Assembly (NCBI RefSeq): GCF_009914755.1
Contig: NC_060930.1
DNA length: 64,000 nucleotides
Source of the DNA: the human T2T-CHM13v2.0 reference genome, Homo sapiens
Reading direction: 5' to 3' (one strand)
Shown: piece after piece, positions 39,831 to 56,212 of the stretch
Numbering within the stretch: position 1 is the stretch's first letter
Layout of the letters: each line of letters opens with the position of its first letter
Notes under the pieces: generated by a model
Seen by the model: only the letters and a program-made list of their open reading frames with translations
Told to the model about the DNA's origin: nothing
Database searches by the model: none
Position numbers and translations under genes: made by a program

Positions 39831-41341
39831 GCTGTTAGTCTCAGGATTGTCTGGGGAAGCAATACCAAGTGGGGTCCCAGTGCTGCACCCCTGCCACTGG
39901 CAGTGGGAGCCCCATCACTAGTTGTAGGTTGGCTCTGGAGCAGAGTGGCAGTGGTGAAACTCAGACTGGAGGAGGCAGGGATGTCACAGTGATGGAAAGA
40001 AGGTACCAAAGGGCTCACTGTATCAAGTGTTGGAGGAATATGGAGGAACTAAAAAATTATAAGGGCAGTGGAATGGAAAGACTATTGCTAGAGGTGGCAG
40101 GTTCTTCAGAAAACAAGACGAAAGGCCGTGGAAGATCACACAGCTGTGAATGGCTGGGCCTGAGAGCCAAAGGCCGCCTTGGTAAAATAGGAGACACTTC
40201 CATGTGCTGCAGCCAAAGGGCGACAGAGGTGAGAGCCAGGCTCAGGACTCAACATCAGAAACACCAGAGAAAGCTGAACTCTCAACCTAGGCCGGGCTGC
40301 TAAGCCAGGGTCAGGGACCCGCCTGGGGAGGAGTGGGACTCTAAGTCCTAGGATGGGGACATTTGGGAAGAGGGACTTGGAAGTTTTGAATCTCCAGGTT
40401 CCTTTGAACCCTCTGGCTGCCAGAAGCAACCCACTTCCCCCTGTTTGAGGTGTGCACCTTCCCCTTGTGCAGTCGGTGCAGAGGCCTCTCCTCATGAGAC
40501 AGTGCAGGCCTGCTCTGGATCTGTCCTGAGTCCCTCTCTGCACCTGGACCACTCACTAGGGTTAAGTCACAGCCTAATCTGGCTGGAGGTGTGCTGGTCT
40601 CGGGGAGCAGGTTAGGGCCTATTCTGAGGACAGCTGCAGGACCCAGCCAGTGTGAGCTGGCAGGGATTGGGAGAGTATAGATGGGACTGGATGCTGAGAA
40701 GGCTGGAGCCAAAGTTGGCTGAGGAGGACTGTATGGATACACAGGAATGCTTCCTGATTCAAGACTTGACCCTGGAGATGGTGCTGCACACCAGTGATGG
40801 TCCACGTCAAGTGAGGTGGAAAGACCCAAACTTCCACAGCTCATGGTAGAAGAAAGGATCACAGCCTCAGGAAATGGGCCTGCTAGACTAGCCGCATTAG
40901 GCAAGGCCAGAAAACCCACCCGATGACCACGTTCTGCAGGAGGGACTTGAGGAGTCTCTGTTTAGGATAGCATTGAGGAATGCCACAGTGAGGGCACCAG
41001 CCTCCCGGAGAAGCTCGGTGGCAGCCCTCCTATCAGGCCAGGGATAACCCCGGCAGGGCTGTCACAGAACCAGGTTCCCTGATGACACTGGTGAGGAGGC
41101 CGCTGGAACAGCAGAGGTCAGGTGAGAGGGCTTCAGCATCAGTTATCCTAGGGAGTGGCAAGACTGGAGGCAGCCAGAGGCCTGCCCTGTAGACAGCTAC
41201 TGTGGTAACAGAGGCTAGATCCCTGAGGCAAGAAGGCTGAGCAGCCAGCAAGAGCACTGATTGCTCAAATCAGAACAACAGACATCAAGGGTGGATAAGC
41301 AAGAGGCTGAGGACAGCCATCCCCATAAAAAGTCAAGATCT

Positions 41342-42083
<742 letters not shown>

Positions 42084-43159
42084 TCACTCAGACAACTGAA
42101 CACTGGGGAAATGGGAATGCCCAACTATTTTGAGGATGATTGTACAGAAGACCCAAATTGATGTTAATACCCAGGGATCCCGAATGTCATTATGTCCCCA
42201 CTGCTACCTTGATGGAGCAGGGCATGTAGAGGCCAGTTAATAAGTGGAGTCCTGGCACAGGTCTGGGCTACAGGAGTCCACAGGACCCACAGACCCACCC
42301 CGTAGTCATCTTCGCTGTCCCTGGGTGTATAATTGGCATGGACATATTTCATAACTGGCACAACTCTCATGTTGGTTCATGGGCCTGTGGATCGGCTATC
42401 AGGGCAGGAAAAGCCAAGCTGAACCCTCAGAAACTGCCCATCCCCAGTGAAAGGAGCAAGTCAGAAACAGTATTGCATTTGGGAGGATGGCAGAGATGAG
42501 TGCCACCCTTCAAAACCTAAAGGACTTGGAATTAATAGTCCTCTATCAAATCTCCATGTCACCCACCAGTCACTCCCCAGAAGAACAAGACAGGTCTTGG
42601 AAGACAGCAGTGAACAACTGCAAACTCTGCCAAGGCACTCCCCAAGTGCAGCTGCAGTGCCAGATGTGGCATCTTGCAGAAGCAGATTAACAATACAGCC
42701 ATTGATCCTCTTTTCTATGCCTAAAGGATTAGAAACAATACACATTCCTTTGGATCAGACAAGATTGCACACGTACGGTTCTGCCACAGAGCCATGATGT
42801 CTCTTCTATCCTCTATGATCATATAGCCTGGGGAGGCCTGGACATTGGACACCTGCAGAAACTCACACTGGCCCACTGTGCTGATGACTGCTTGCTAATT
42901 AGAGCAGATAGGCAAGATATGGTAAGTATGTTGGATGCTATAGTAAGACCCATGCACTCTATGAGGTGGGAGATAAATTCCATGATAATTTAGAGGCCAC
43001 CACATCAATAAAAGTTATAAGATCCAGCAGTCTGGGAATGCCAGGACATCCCTCCAAAGTTAAAGACACATTACTGCTTCTTACACCTCCCGCCATGAAG
43101 GAGGCATAGCACCTGAGAAGCCATGGAGACAACATCCTTCATACCTAGCCATATAGTAT

Positions 43160-43672
43160 TATGGTATTTCCTAGGACTGCTGTAACCAATCACCACAAAC
43201 GGGGGGCTTAAAGCAACAGACACCTGCTCTCCCATGGTTGTGGAGGCCAGAAGTCTAAAATCAAGGTGTTGGCAAGGCCATGGTCTCTCCAAATGCTCTA
43301 GGGAAGGATCCTTCTGTTCAGCTTCTAGAGGCTCCTGGCATTTCTTGGTTTGTAGAAGCAGCACTCCAATCTCTGCCCCCATCTTCATGTGACCTTTCCC
43401 TTGTGTATTTCTGTATGTTTCAGATCTCCCTTTCCCATCTTCATGTGACCTTTTCCTTGTGTATTTCTATATGTTTCAGGTCTCCCTTTCCTTTTTCTTA
43501 TAAAGGCATTTGTCATTATATTAGGACCCACCCTACATCCAGAATGATCTCATCTCAAGATTCATAATTTAATGACATCTGTAAAGACTATTTTAGGGTC
43601 ACATTCACAGGTACTAGAGGTTAGGACTTGGATACCTCTTTTGCATGGAGCGGACAGTTTAATCCATTATAC
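43160..43672 (-). mobile_element. MLT1 (MLT1C-like) solo LTR nested in the ERV-L
   Basis: TTTCCTAGGACTGCTGTAACCAA...GGAGGCCAGAAGTCTAAAATCAAGGTGTTGGCA...GAGGTTAGGACTT. Confidence 0.9.
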
Positions 43673-44299
43673 CAAGAAAAGCAAAGGGATGTCAGCTTTG
43701 AGTGGAGTGAGACCAAGATGTGGAACAAGGAAGTGTCACTTAGCCATACAACCTTGCAGACTCTGTGGTATGGGGGTATCTGTGGGGAAAGATGCTACAT
43801 AGAATATATGACAAGCCCCAGTAGGAGAATTCCAACATAGTCCCAAGGGCTTTAGACCAGGGCCGTGCCACCCGAAGAGGAGAATTATACACGTCATGGA
43901 AAACAACTCCCAGTAAGCTAGGAGACCCTGGTAGAGTGCCAAAGTTGTGTCACCAAGTGACCCTAAAGCCAGAACTGCCCATCATAGCTAAGTTCTCTCA
44001 GATCCCCCCAGGTTGTAAGGTTGGATGGGCCCAGCCAAGTCATCCATCATAACATGAGAGTGTGCAAGGCTGGAGGCATGGGGGAGCCACTTGGGCAGGT
44101 GCCCAGACCCCAGGCCGCCCACTGGGTGGCAGCAGTGCCTCTCCCTCAAGCACCTCTAGACCCTTATGGGGAGGGGTCCTTCCTGGCCAGCTCAAGAAGG
44201 AGGAGCAATGCTGAGATATGATCACACAGTGCATGAGTGTGAGCCAGAAATGAACTCCAGCTGCTCTACAGGGCTCTACAGCCCCTCTCAGGGCTGGCA

Positions 44300-44950
44300 T
44301 CGAGAGACGGTGCCACTAGGTGAGCCACCAAGGCCAGCAAAGGTGCCCGGTGAGCATGGGGAATCCTGGAATGGGGAACACCTGTTGTTGCTTTCCCACC
44401 CTTTGCAGTGGCTGGGGCTGTGGTTTGTCCTTTTACACATTTCCCCCCAGGAAATCAAGCCCACCAGGCTCATGGAAATGCTGCCTTCAGATGTCTGGGA
44501 AGAAGTAAGGCCCAGCCATGCAAGGCTTGCCCTTGGCTGATGACATTCAGGGCTGGTGGTCCTTTGTTGTGGAGGGCCAGCTGTGCATTGGAGGGTGCTC
44601 AGCAGCCTCTCAGGCCTCTACCCACTGGAAGCCCTCCCCAAGTCATGACAACCCAAAATGCCCACAGACATTGCCAAATGTCCCCAGGAAGCAGAATCAC
44701 CCCGGCTGAGAACCACTGCACCAGGCTGGAGGGCCGCCTTGCTGGGAAGCACACCTCCTTCCTGCCAACCTGCCTCTGGTCACTGAGCCCCAGCCACCCC
44801 GAGGGCCCTGCCAGCCTGCATGGGGGCCCAGGCACTCTTTGTGTGACTGCATCACCCAACCTGTACCTTGGCCAATGCTTGAGGACTCCCTGAGGATTCT
44901 CATACACAAACCCCCATGTCAGAGTCAGCCTCCTGAGAACTCTGGAAGCG
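44300..44950 (+). mobile_element. Probable 3' LTR16-like LTR, interrupted by MER20
   Basis: GGCTGGAGGGCCGCCTTGC...GACTGCATCACCCAAC...ACTCCCT...TCAGAGTCAGCCTCCTGAGAAC resembles the LTR16 3' half; left boundary uncertain. Confidence 0.5.
44521..44718. mobile_element. MER20 hAT-Charlie MITE
   Basis: GGCCTCTACCCACT...GACAACCCAAAATG...CAGACATTGCCAAATGTCCCC...TGAGAACCACTG. Confidence 0.9.
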
Positions 44951-45116
44951 TTGCTCATCTTCCCCTCTTCCAGAATCGGCCTTAACTGAAATAACCAAGT
45001 TTGTCCTTGCTCATCTTCATGAGTTTATTCAGTAACAACTTTTAACAATCACTGTGTGTTTGCTGTCCACACGGTGCTGAGCCCGGGACACAACAAAGAC
45101 AAGACGGACTTAGGTC

Positions 45117-45585
<469 letters not shown>

Positions 45586-46392
45586 CATAGGTCATGTTTT
45601 CATGAGACAAGTATTAAACCATTAATTACACACACAACTGTTTTATTGCAACTGTGAGAAGTGTTATGTTGGAGAGATGCAGGCTCCATGTAAGCCAGTG
45701 AGAGAGTTACACCCTTATGGGTGGGAGGGGTTGTGGGAGAGAGAGGGATTAGGGGCCACGGAGACCACAGCCCCTCACCCCAATTCCTCATCACCTGACC
45801 TGCCTGCCTGACAATTGGCAAGCAGTGTTTTTTTATTTGAGACCACTCAGTCTCTCCAGTCAAAGAAAATGGACCACAGACATATGGCTTCCTCTAGATG
45901 CTATACCGCACTTCCTCCACGTAGAAACAGCTCCGGGGGAAAAAAATCATTAAAAGAAAAAAAAATGCTGTTAAAATAAAGTGAATGGAAACATAAGGAG
46001 GTCCTTTACTGCTTTAAGAAAATAAAGCCAGATCCAAAATATTCTGAGACACACATTAGAGAATTAGAGGGGATCAAAAAGTCCACACAAGGGCCAGTTA
46101 TACGTCAGGTTCGGAGACTGATTTAATTCTACACTTAGAGCAAGGAGACCACAGTTCTATTCTCAGTACTCTCTTCTAATTCTGAGAAAGTCACTTCACC
46201 TTTCTGTTCTTTGTCTGAATATGAACAAAAAAAAGTGGGTCTGTCATTTTGGATTTCATGAGCATTATAATATTAGGATGATTCTTTGAGGACGCTTTGA
46301 ACTAACTCTTGTGGAAGCACAAACACTGTATTTATTCAAAGAGAAGGCAACCTAAGTTTAGTGTCCACTGCCCAGCCACACACAGCCACAGG

Positions 46393-46393
<1 letters not shown>

Positions 46394-46433
<40 letters not shown>

Positions 46434-46434
46434 C
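46394..46434. repeat. (TG)16(CG)4 microsatellite
   Basis: Read directly from the sequence. Confidence 0.97.
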
Positions 46435-47182
46435 TGGGGGTCACCGGACCTTCCTCAGTGCCCATGCGCTCCCTTTGGGCAGGGCCTATCTGAGCCAAGT
46501 GCTGGGGAGAGGAGCTAGCTTTTGGTGGCCTCTGTGTCTGAAGGCCTCGTCCATGGGTAGGATTGGTCCTGACATTTATTTTTGTTTTCTCTTAAGTGGA
46601 AATATTTTAAGCCATTCTTTTGTCCTGGTGATCATTTTTACTTGTCTTACAGACCTGGGCAGCCACACAGGCACACAGCAGCAATGGTGGCATGGGTGAC
46701 ATGACCGCAACAGGAGTGGCGCCGTGTGTGGCTGACTGCAGGGCCCCCTGCAGGTGGGCCTGCCCCTCACTGCTCCTGCCCTGTGTCCAACGCCAGCACT
46801 GTTCAACCTCCCCACGCTCATGGTCACACCCATCTCTTCTGTGTGTGGTGCATGAGGCAACAAAGTCATGGGAGATTGGGGAGAACTATGAAAAGGAAGG
46901 TTCTTTGATGGTTCAGTGACACAAAATAACTTTGCAGGGTTGAGAGGATCACAGTTCCATGTTAGTCAGAAAGGGTGGGAATAAGCTTCCGGGAGACTGA
47001 ACTCACTAATATCATAAGCAAAAGTGTGTGCACATACAATGGATGGGTGTATGGGTTTCTTCTGAGGACAGGGTATTTAATATTTACCAAATTTTACCCC
47101 AGAAATGCCCAAACACTTCTTCTGCAGCATCTCTATTGAGTGGCCTTGCAAACAAGAAATAATTGCCTCTTGTGGGGCCTCC

Positions 47183-47612
47183 TACATTAGTCAGGGTGTT
47201 CTGGAGAAGCAGAACGGATAGGATTGCTTGCTCTCTCTCTCTCTCTCTCTCTGTGTCTAATCTATCTATCCATTGAGAAAGAAATTTTATTTTAAGGAAT
47301 TGGCTCACACAGTTGTGGGGCCCTGCAAGTCTGAAGTTTGTCAGGCAGGCAGGCTGGCAATTCAGTTAGGAGATTGATGTTGCAGCGGTCAGACTGAATT
47401 CCTTCCAGAAACCTCAGCCTTTCCTCCTAAGTCCTTCAGCTGATTGGATAATGCCCACCCACATCATGGAGGGTCATCTGCTTTCCTCAGTCTACTGATT
47501 CAAATCTTAATCACGTCTAACAGATGCCTTCACAGCAACATTTAGACTGGTATTGACCAAACAACTGGGTACTACGGCCTGGCCGAGTTGACACATGTAA
47601 TTCACCATTGTA
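47183..47612 (-). mobile_element. MLT2 (ERV-L) solo LTR
   Basis: TTAGTCAGGG..TTCT..AGAAGCAGAAC...TTTTAAGGAATTGGCTCACACAGTTGTG...CTGATTGGAT...GTTGACACATGTAATT; internal (TC)n. Confidence 0.9.
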
Positions 47613-47984
47613 CTACCCCATCTTGGGAAAGCTCTAGATGTCCTTAACTGCAATGAATAATTCCTATAATGACACCACCAGCTGACAGTTGGAAATGCTC
47701 TTTAATTAGCTCATGGTTCTCATGCTTACCCAAGGTCATGGCGTCCTTTCTTATATGGCCACATCCCAGCAAAGTCAGCAGTCACTTCTGGTGAATGATT
47801 TGATGAGCACGAAAAGGCAACATCCACCCCAACTCCCCCCAAAATATTTCTCCTTTTCTCTTCCAGAAACCTTAACATACTACATCACTCACTTTGGGGG
47901 TTAAATTGTGAACCGCAGAAGTCTAAGCTGGTGGACATTGCTCCGGCAACGTGAGGGAGTAGGTGAAGCTGATTTTTTCAGAGC

Positions 47985-48312
47985 CAGTGGTAGTCATTGG
48001 TGCTGTTGCTCTCACTTCCAGTGCAGAGCAGGTTTGTGCCTCACCCTCTGTGAGTTAACTATGGCCACAGGCCTGCTTTGGCAATGGAGGTGAGGATGTG
48101 GTGTGTGTTGCTTCTGGGCAGAAGCTGTGAGTGTCAGGCCACTATTCTTTACATCCTGTCCATGGCCAATGATAACTGTAGGAGCCTCGTCTGCCTGGGA
48201 CCCTGGGGGACTTTGATGAGCACAGCCTGTCTGTAATCCAGATAAGACATGGAGCGTGAGTGAGAAATTGTGCTTGTTACTGCAGCATACCCTGGGCCAA
48301 CCTGGCTACACC
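47985..48312 (+). mobile_element. Old MLT1 (J/I-like) LTR
   Basis: GCTTTGGCAATGGAG...CTTCTGGGCAGAAGCT...CCTGGGACCCTG...GTGAGTGAGAAAT...TTGTTACTGCAGCATA. Confidence 0.7.
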
Positions 48313-48501
48313 AAGCTGTGTGTGGCTTTCACAGCATACACCTCCCCATCTTCATTGTGAGCAATCGAGACACAGGGCTGAGCTACTAGAACCCTCTGGC
48401 TCCTTAGGTTTCTCAGCACCACAGGGTTGCATCTCACTGAGGCCTGGAGAGATGTCTTACCTTCTTCCCTCATTCTTCTTCATGTTAGCCATGTCCTCTA
48501 T

Positions 48502-48858
48502 TGCTTTGGTCTGAAGGTTTGCATCCCCCAGGATTCACCTGTTGAAATCCTAGCCTCCCAGGTGATAGTCTTAGAAGGTGGGGCCTTTAGGAGGTGATTA
48601 GAGAGGAGCCCTCATGATGGAATTAGTGCCCTTACCAAGAGAACCCAGAGAGCTCTTTATCTCTCTTTCTGCCTTTGAGGATACAACAAGAAGATGGCCA
48701 TCTGCAAACTAGAAAGAGGGCCCTCGCCAGGTACAGGATCTGTCAGCACCTCGATCTTGGACTTCCCAGCCTCTAGCACTGTGAGAAATAAATTCCTGTT
48801 GTCTATAAGCCACTCATTCTATGGTGATTTGTTACAGCAACCTGAACAGACTGAGATG
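48502..48858 (+). mobile_element. MLT1A-like solo LTR
   Basis: TGCTTTGGTCTGAA...GGTGGGGCCTTTAGGAGGTGATTAG...ATCTTGGACTTCCCAGCCTC...AATAAA; perfect TSD TCTAT at 48497-48501 and 48859-48863. Confidence 0.93.
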
Positions 48859-48899
48859 TCTATGAACACAGAGGCAGAAATAAGCCTTCACATTTTGAA

Positions 48900-50980
<2,081 letters not shown>

Positions 50981-51384
50981 TTGGCCAACAATTCACTTCC
51001 TGAAGTTCATCCCAAGGAAATAAGCCCGGAGGTGGTCACCACAGAGCTTGCCCTTTTAAACTCCCTGTAGAGTTGATCGGAGAATCCACCTTTCCCAGGA
51101 GAGAGCTTCAGCAAGACCAGAGTGAGGGGGAGTCAGGGGTGCTGATGATGGTCTACTGGAAAGGATCTTTTGGGGGCAACATTGTACACCTCCGGTTGCT
51201 GGAGAAAAGGGGACACTGGGGAACTAAAAGAAGGCATCATGTAAATGGGGTGTCATGCTTGGAGGGATGTCAGAATCTAAGGACAAAGACTCCCACTTTG
51301 GGGGCCCAATAAAAAATGGCAACACTCAGCCAGAGTGGCATAAAAGGCTGCAAAGAATCCTTGAAACAACCTTATGACTTATGA

Positions 51385-51540
<156 letters not shown>

Positions 51541-51762
51541 TAAGCCAGGCCCTGGGAATGCAGCAGTGAACCAGGGAACATAGACCCGTCCGCTAGGAGC
51601 TCTCAGATGTTCACCAATGAGCACCACAATAATGGTATAATTACGCCTGTGGCACCTGCCGTGAAGGGAATTCCGGGGAGCCACATGGGCATGTGGCAGG
51701 GGTCCCAAGTGCATTCAGTTAGCTCCCACCAGGGTGATACATTTATTCAAGGACACAGATTG

Positions 51763-52351
<589 letters not shown>

Positions 52352-52686
52352 TTATGTAAAAAAATCCATGATTATTTGGTTATTTGAGGACTTGTATAAA
52401 ACACCTTACACTGGGTCTGGGGGTAGAAGCAGGGGGATAGCCAGGAAATCAGGGGTAAAGGGGAAAAACAATACAGCAGGAGAGGAGCCTTGAACAGATT
52501 ATACTGATAAATGCAATTGATTAAATCTGTCTGTGAGGTCCCCAAAGTAAACAGAAGCAAGAAATCATTTGGCAAAGCAAATAGCCTCTTGTACTGTACA
52601 GAGGGTGATCTTTAAATGCTGGCCCTAAGCTTAAGGCAGAGAAGTTTCATGATGGGAAACCAGGTCAGGAAAGATAGAAGCAGAAT

Positions 52687-52942
52687 GGAGGAGAAAAGAA
52701 AGAAAGAAAGAGAAGAAGAAAGAAAGAAGGAAGGAAGGAAGGAGGGAGGGAAGGAGAGGCAAAGAGAAAGAGAGAGACACAAAGAGAAGAGAGAAGAAAG
52801 GAAGAAAGAAGAAAGAAAGAAAGAAAGGAAGAAAGAAAGAAAGAAAGAAAGAAAAGAAAAGAAGAAAATACACAGAGAGGCAGAGAAACAGTAGGAGGGA
52901 GGGAAGGAGGAAGGAAGGAAGGAGGGAAGGGAAGGAAGGAAG
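52687..52942. repeat. Polypurine (GAAA/GGAA/GA) compound tract
   Basis: ~250 bp almost entirely A/G. Confidence 0.95.
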
Positions 52943-55532
52943 ATGACCAACCTAAGTGAACTCTGGGAACAACGGTGAATGTTTGTGTTTATATAAACAT
53001 GTTACTTTAAGATGGTTGACTCCTTACAGACAAAGGCCATATTTTCATCACTTCCTATAAAACCTCTCTACAATACCCAACAAAGTGAGAGGTCCTTGGT
53101 GTTCCCAAAGCATTTAAGAGATAACAACAGTAATGTCCATGTGAGATCCTCGCGCTGGTGTGTGGTTTCTGAAGTGCATCCTGCAATGTGAAATGGTAGC
53201 TGCTATTCGGTGTTGATAACCTCAGTTCACTGTGGATCCCATCCGACAACGCGTGAAGTCAAGAAAAGCCAACTGTGACCCCACAGAGGGGGAAGCATCT
53301 AGTCTCTGCTTCCTGAACAGACTGTTCCAAAAACGGGGCTGTTGTTTCAGTTACTTACAGTAATAAAACCACCGCGACCCCATATCCATCTTTCCACATT
53401 CCCCACCTCCCATCCTACCCAAGGTCATGAATATCAAACTTGGAAAGGAAAAGAATGAAGGACGTCTCCCCCAGCAATTAAAATTAAGTCCTTTTTCTTG
53501 CCTCCAACTAAAATCTTGGACGTGATGGCAGTTGCATTTAGCGGGATCCCAAATGCTGCTTTTATATGCCAGCATTCCATTCGGGGGGCTGATTTGTAGG
53601 TTTAAAAATATGCAATGTATGAAAGAGAGGCTCATTTATTTATTTCCTCCCTTGACTGACCTTGGGCCTTGATTTATCTCAAAACCAAGAGAATTTTCCT
53701 CTTGGTAAAGGAGGACTAATTCTTTCAGTGAGTCCTTGATAGTTTCTGCCATCAAAAACAAACCATAAGCTGAATGTACAGAAATGCCCTGCATTTAAGA
53801 AAGATGACATGGGGAGTAGTAAAAGCAGGAGGAAGAGAAGTGTGAGAAGAAAAAGAAGCAGGGAAAATCAGGGGGAAAGTGATGTTGAACAAATCATGCA
53901 CATTTCAAGATTTTTAAAAAAGCAATGCGTTTGGGGATGGATAGCTGTCACCCTTGCCACCTTGGAGGAAAGTTTTGCTGGCTAACTGGCTATTGTCAAG
54001 CAGGCCGGGCTGGTGGCCTCGGCGGGCTGGCTGACCTTCCCCTGACTCCAAGAGGAAAGAAATAGTGAGGCTCTGTGTCCTGCGAGTCGGGCCTTCCTGT
54101 GACCTGAGTGCAACGTCTCAGCCCCTCTCCGACAACCCTCCAGCAAAGCTTGCTGGAGCTCTTGGTTTATTTTTTCAGGTGAGTGAACGCCGTATCAAAT
54201 ACTGGTTTCTCAGTTGCTTTTAATTAGGCTTCTGGGTTCCACTCTTTCATCTCGCCTGAAATCTGCATCACTTTTCTCCAGCTATTTCAGGTTCTAAAGC
54301 CACGGGTTTGCTTTCATTCAGCTAATTGAAGGCACACAGGAAAGGAGAAGGGGGATAATCCCAATCATTGGACATTTTTTAGGGCTGTGATAAACCACAC
54401 ATTTTTTAGCAACAGAAAACCACTTTCAAAACGTTAACTCTGCGGCCTCTGCTCAGGGGCTGGAGGGCCTACCCCTGAGGCTTCAAGGTTCATGTCATGT
54501 GGGATTCTCTGAGACTCCTCGATGCAGGTAGAGAGCAGGAGGGCAGGTGAGATGCCGTGATGTGACGGAACAGGCCCCATCACTGTCCCTTTCTGGTGTC
54601 GAGCTACTGGAAACATCGCTGTTGAACTGTGTATCTGCAAAGCTCTGGGGTGGAGGCCCAGCCACACACAACATCGGAGAACAGAGCTGATGCTGATGTC
54701 CCCTGAAGTGTCAGCCAGCAGCCAGGTGCTTGCTTAATCCCAGAAAGGGCAGTATATATTTTTCAGTAAAATTTTATTAAATCCTAATAGCAGATCTTTT
54801 TTTGTGGAGCAAAAAACTCTTGAAAACTATATTCATGAGGTATGTATAATTTGTTGGTTTTACCAAGGCTTTTTAGTAAACAAGCTTTAGATCTTGCCAG
54901 AGTATTCAAAATAGGTTTATGTAGAGCAAATATTTAAATTTATCTGTTATTCTATTTTTATAATTAATGAATAGGATTATAGGCATTTAATAAAACTTCT
55001 ACAAAATAGAGCAGGGTGGGGGGGTGAATCCTACTTATTTGCTACCAAAAGAATCAAAATAACATTTATATTTATATCTCAATATATGGTTCTTCAAGTC
55101 ATTTCAGGAGATGAAACAGTATGTGTTACCAACGGCTTTTAATTATAAAAACAAAGTGTTTAAATGGATCCAACACAGTCAGTTGGCAATAAATCTAAAT
55201 TCCATGTTATAGTGGCCTTTGTAAGGCAACAAATGGGGAAAGTACTTGTTAATTCATACAACGTCAAAGAATACCTGATACCTAAATAGCTCCCACAGTC
55301 AATTGAAAAAAGACCAACTATTGGGAAAATGACACTTTCCAGACAAGATCACAGAAGTTTAGATAGGTGAGAAGATACTCAGCCTCACTCATGATAATTA
55401 AAATGCAAATTAAACTATACTGAGATTTCATTTTCCAACTCCCAGGTTGTTTAAAAAAAAAAAACAAACCTAACAGGTTAATATGCTGGTGGCAATGGAG
55501 TAGAGGAAAGACATTTATTAAAAGCTGAAGGG

Positions 55533-56212
<680 letters not shown>

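Noticed and set aside
40341-40919. Longest ORF in the track (192 aa, minus strand)
   Set aside because: Antisense to decayed ERV-L internal sequence in GC-rich DNA, with no recognisable domain.
54138-54176. Hairpin followed by a T-rich run as an intrinsic terminator or pre-miRNA
   Set aside because: The context is eukaryotic, the T-run does not abut the stem, and a 9 bp stem is far too short for a pre-miRNA. It is kept only as a possible splice-modulating structure.
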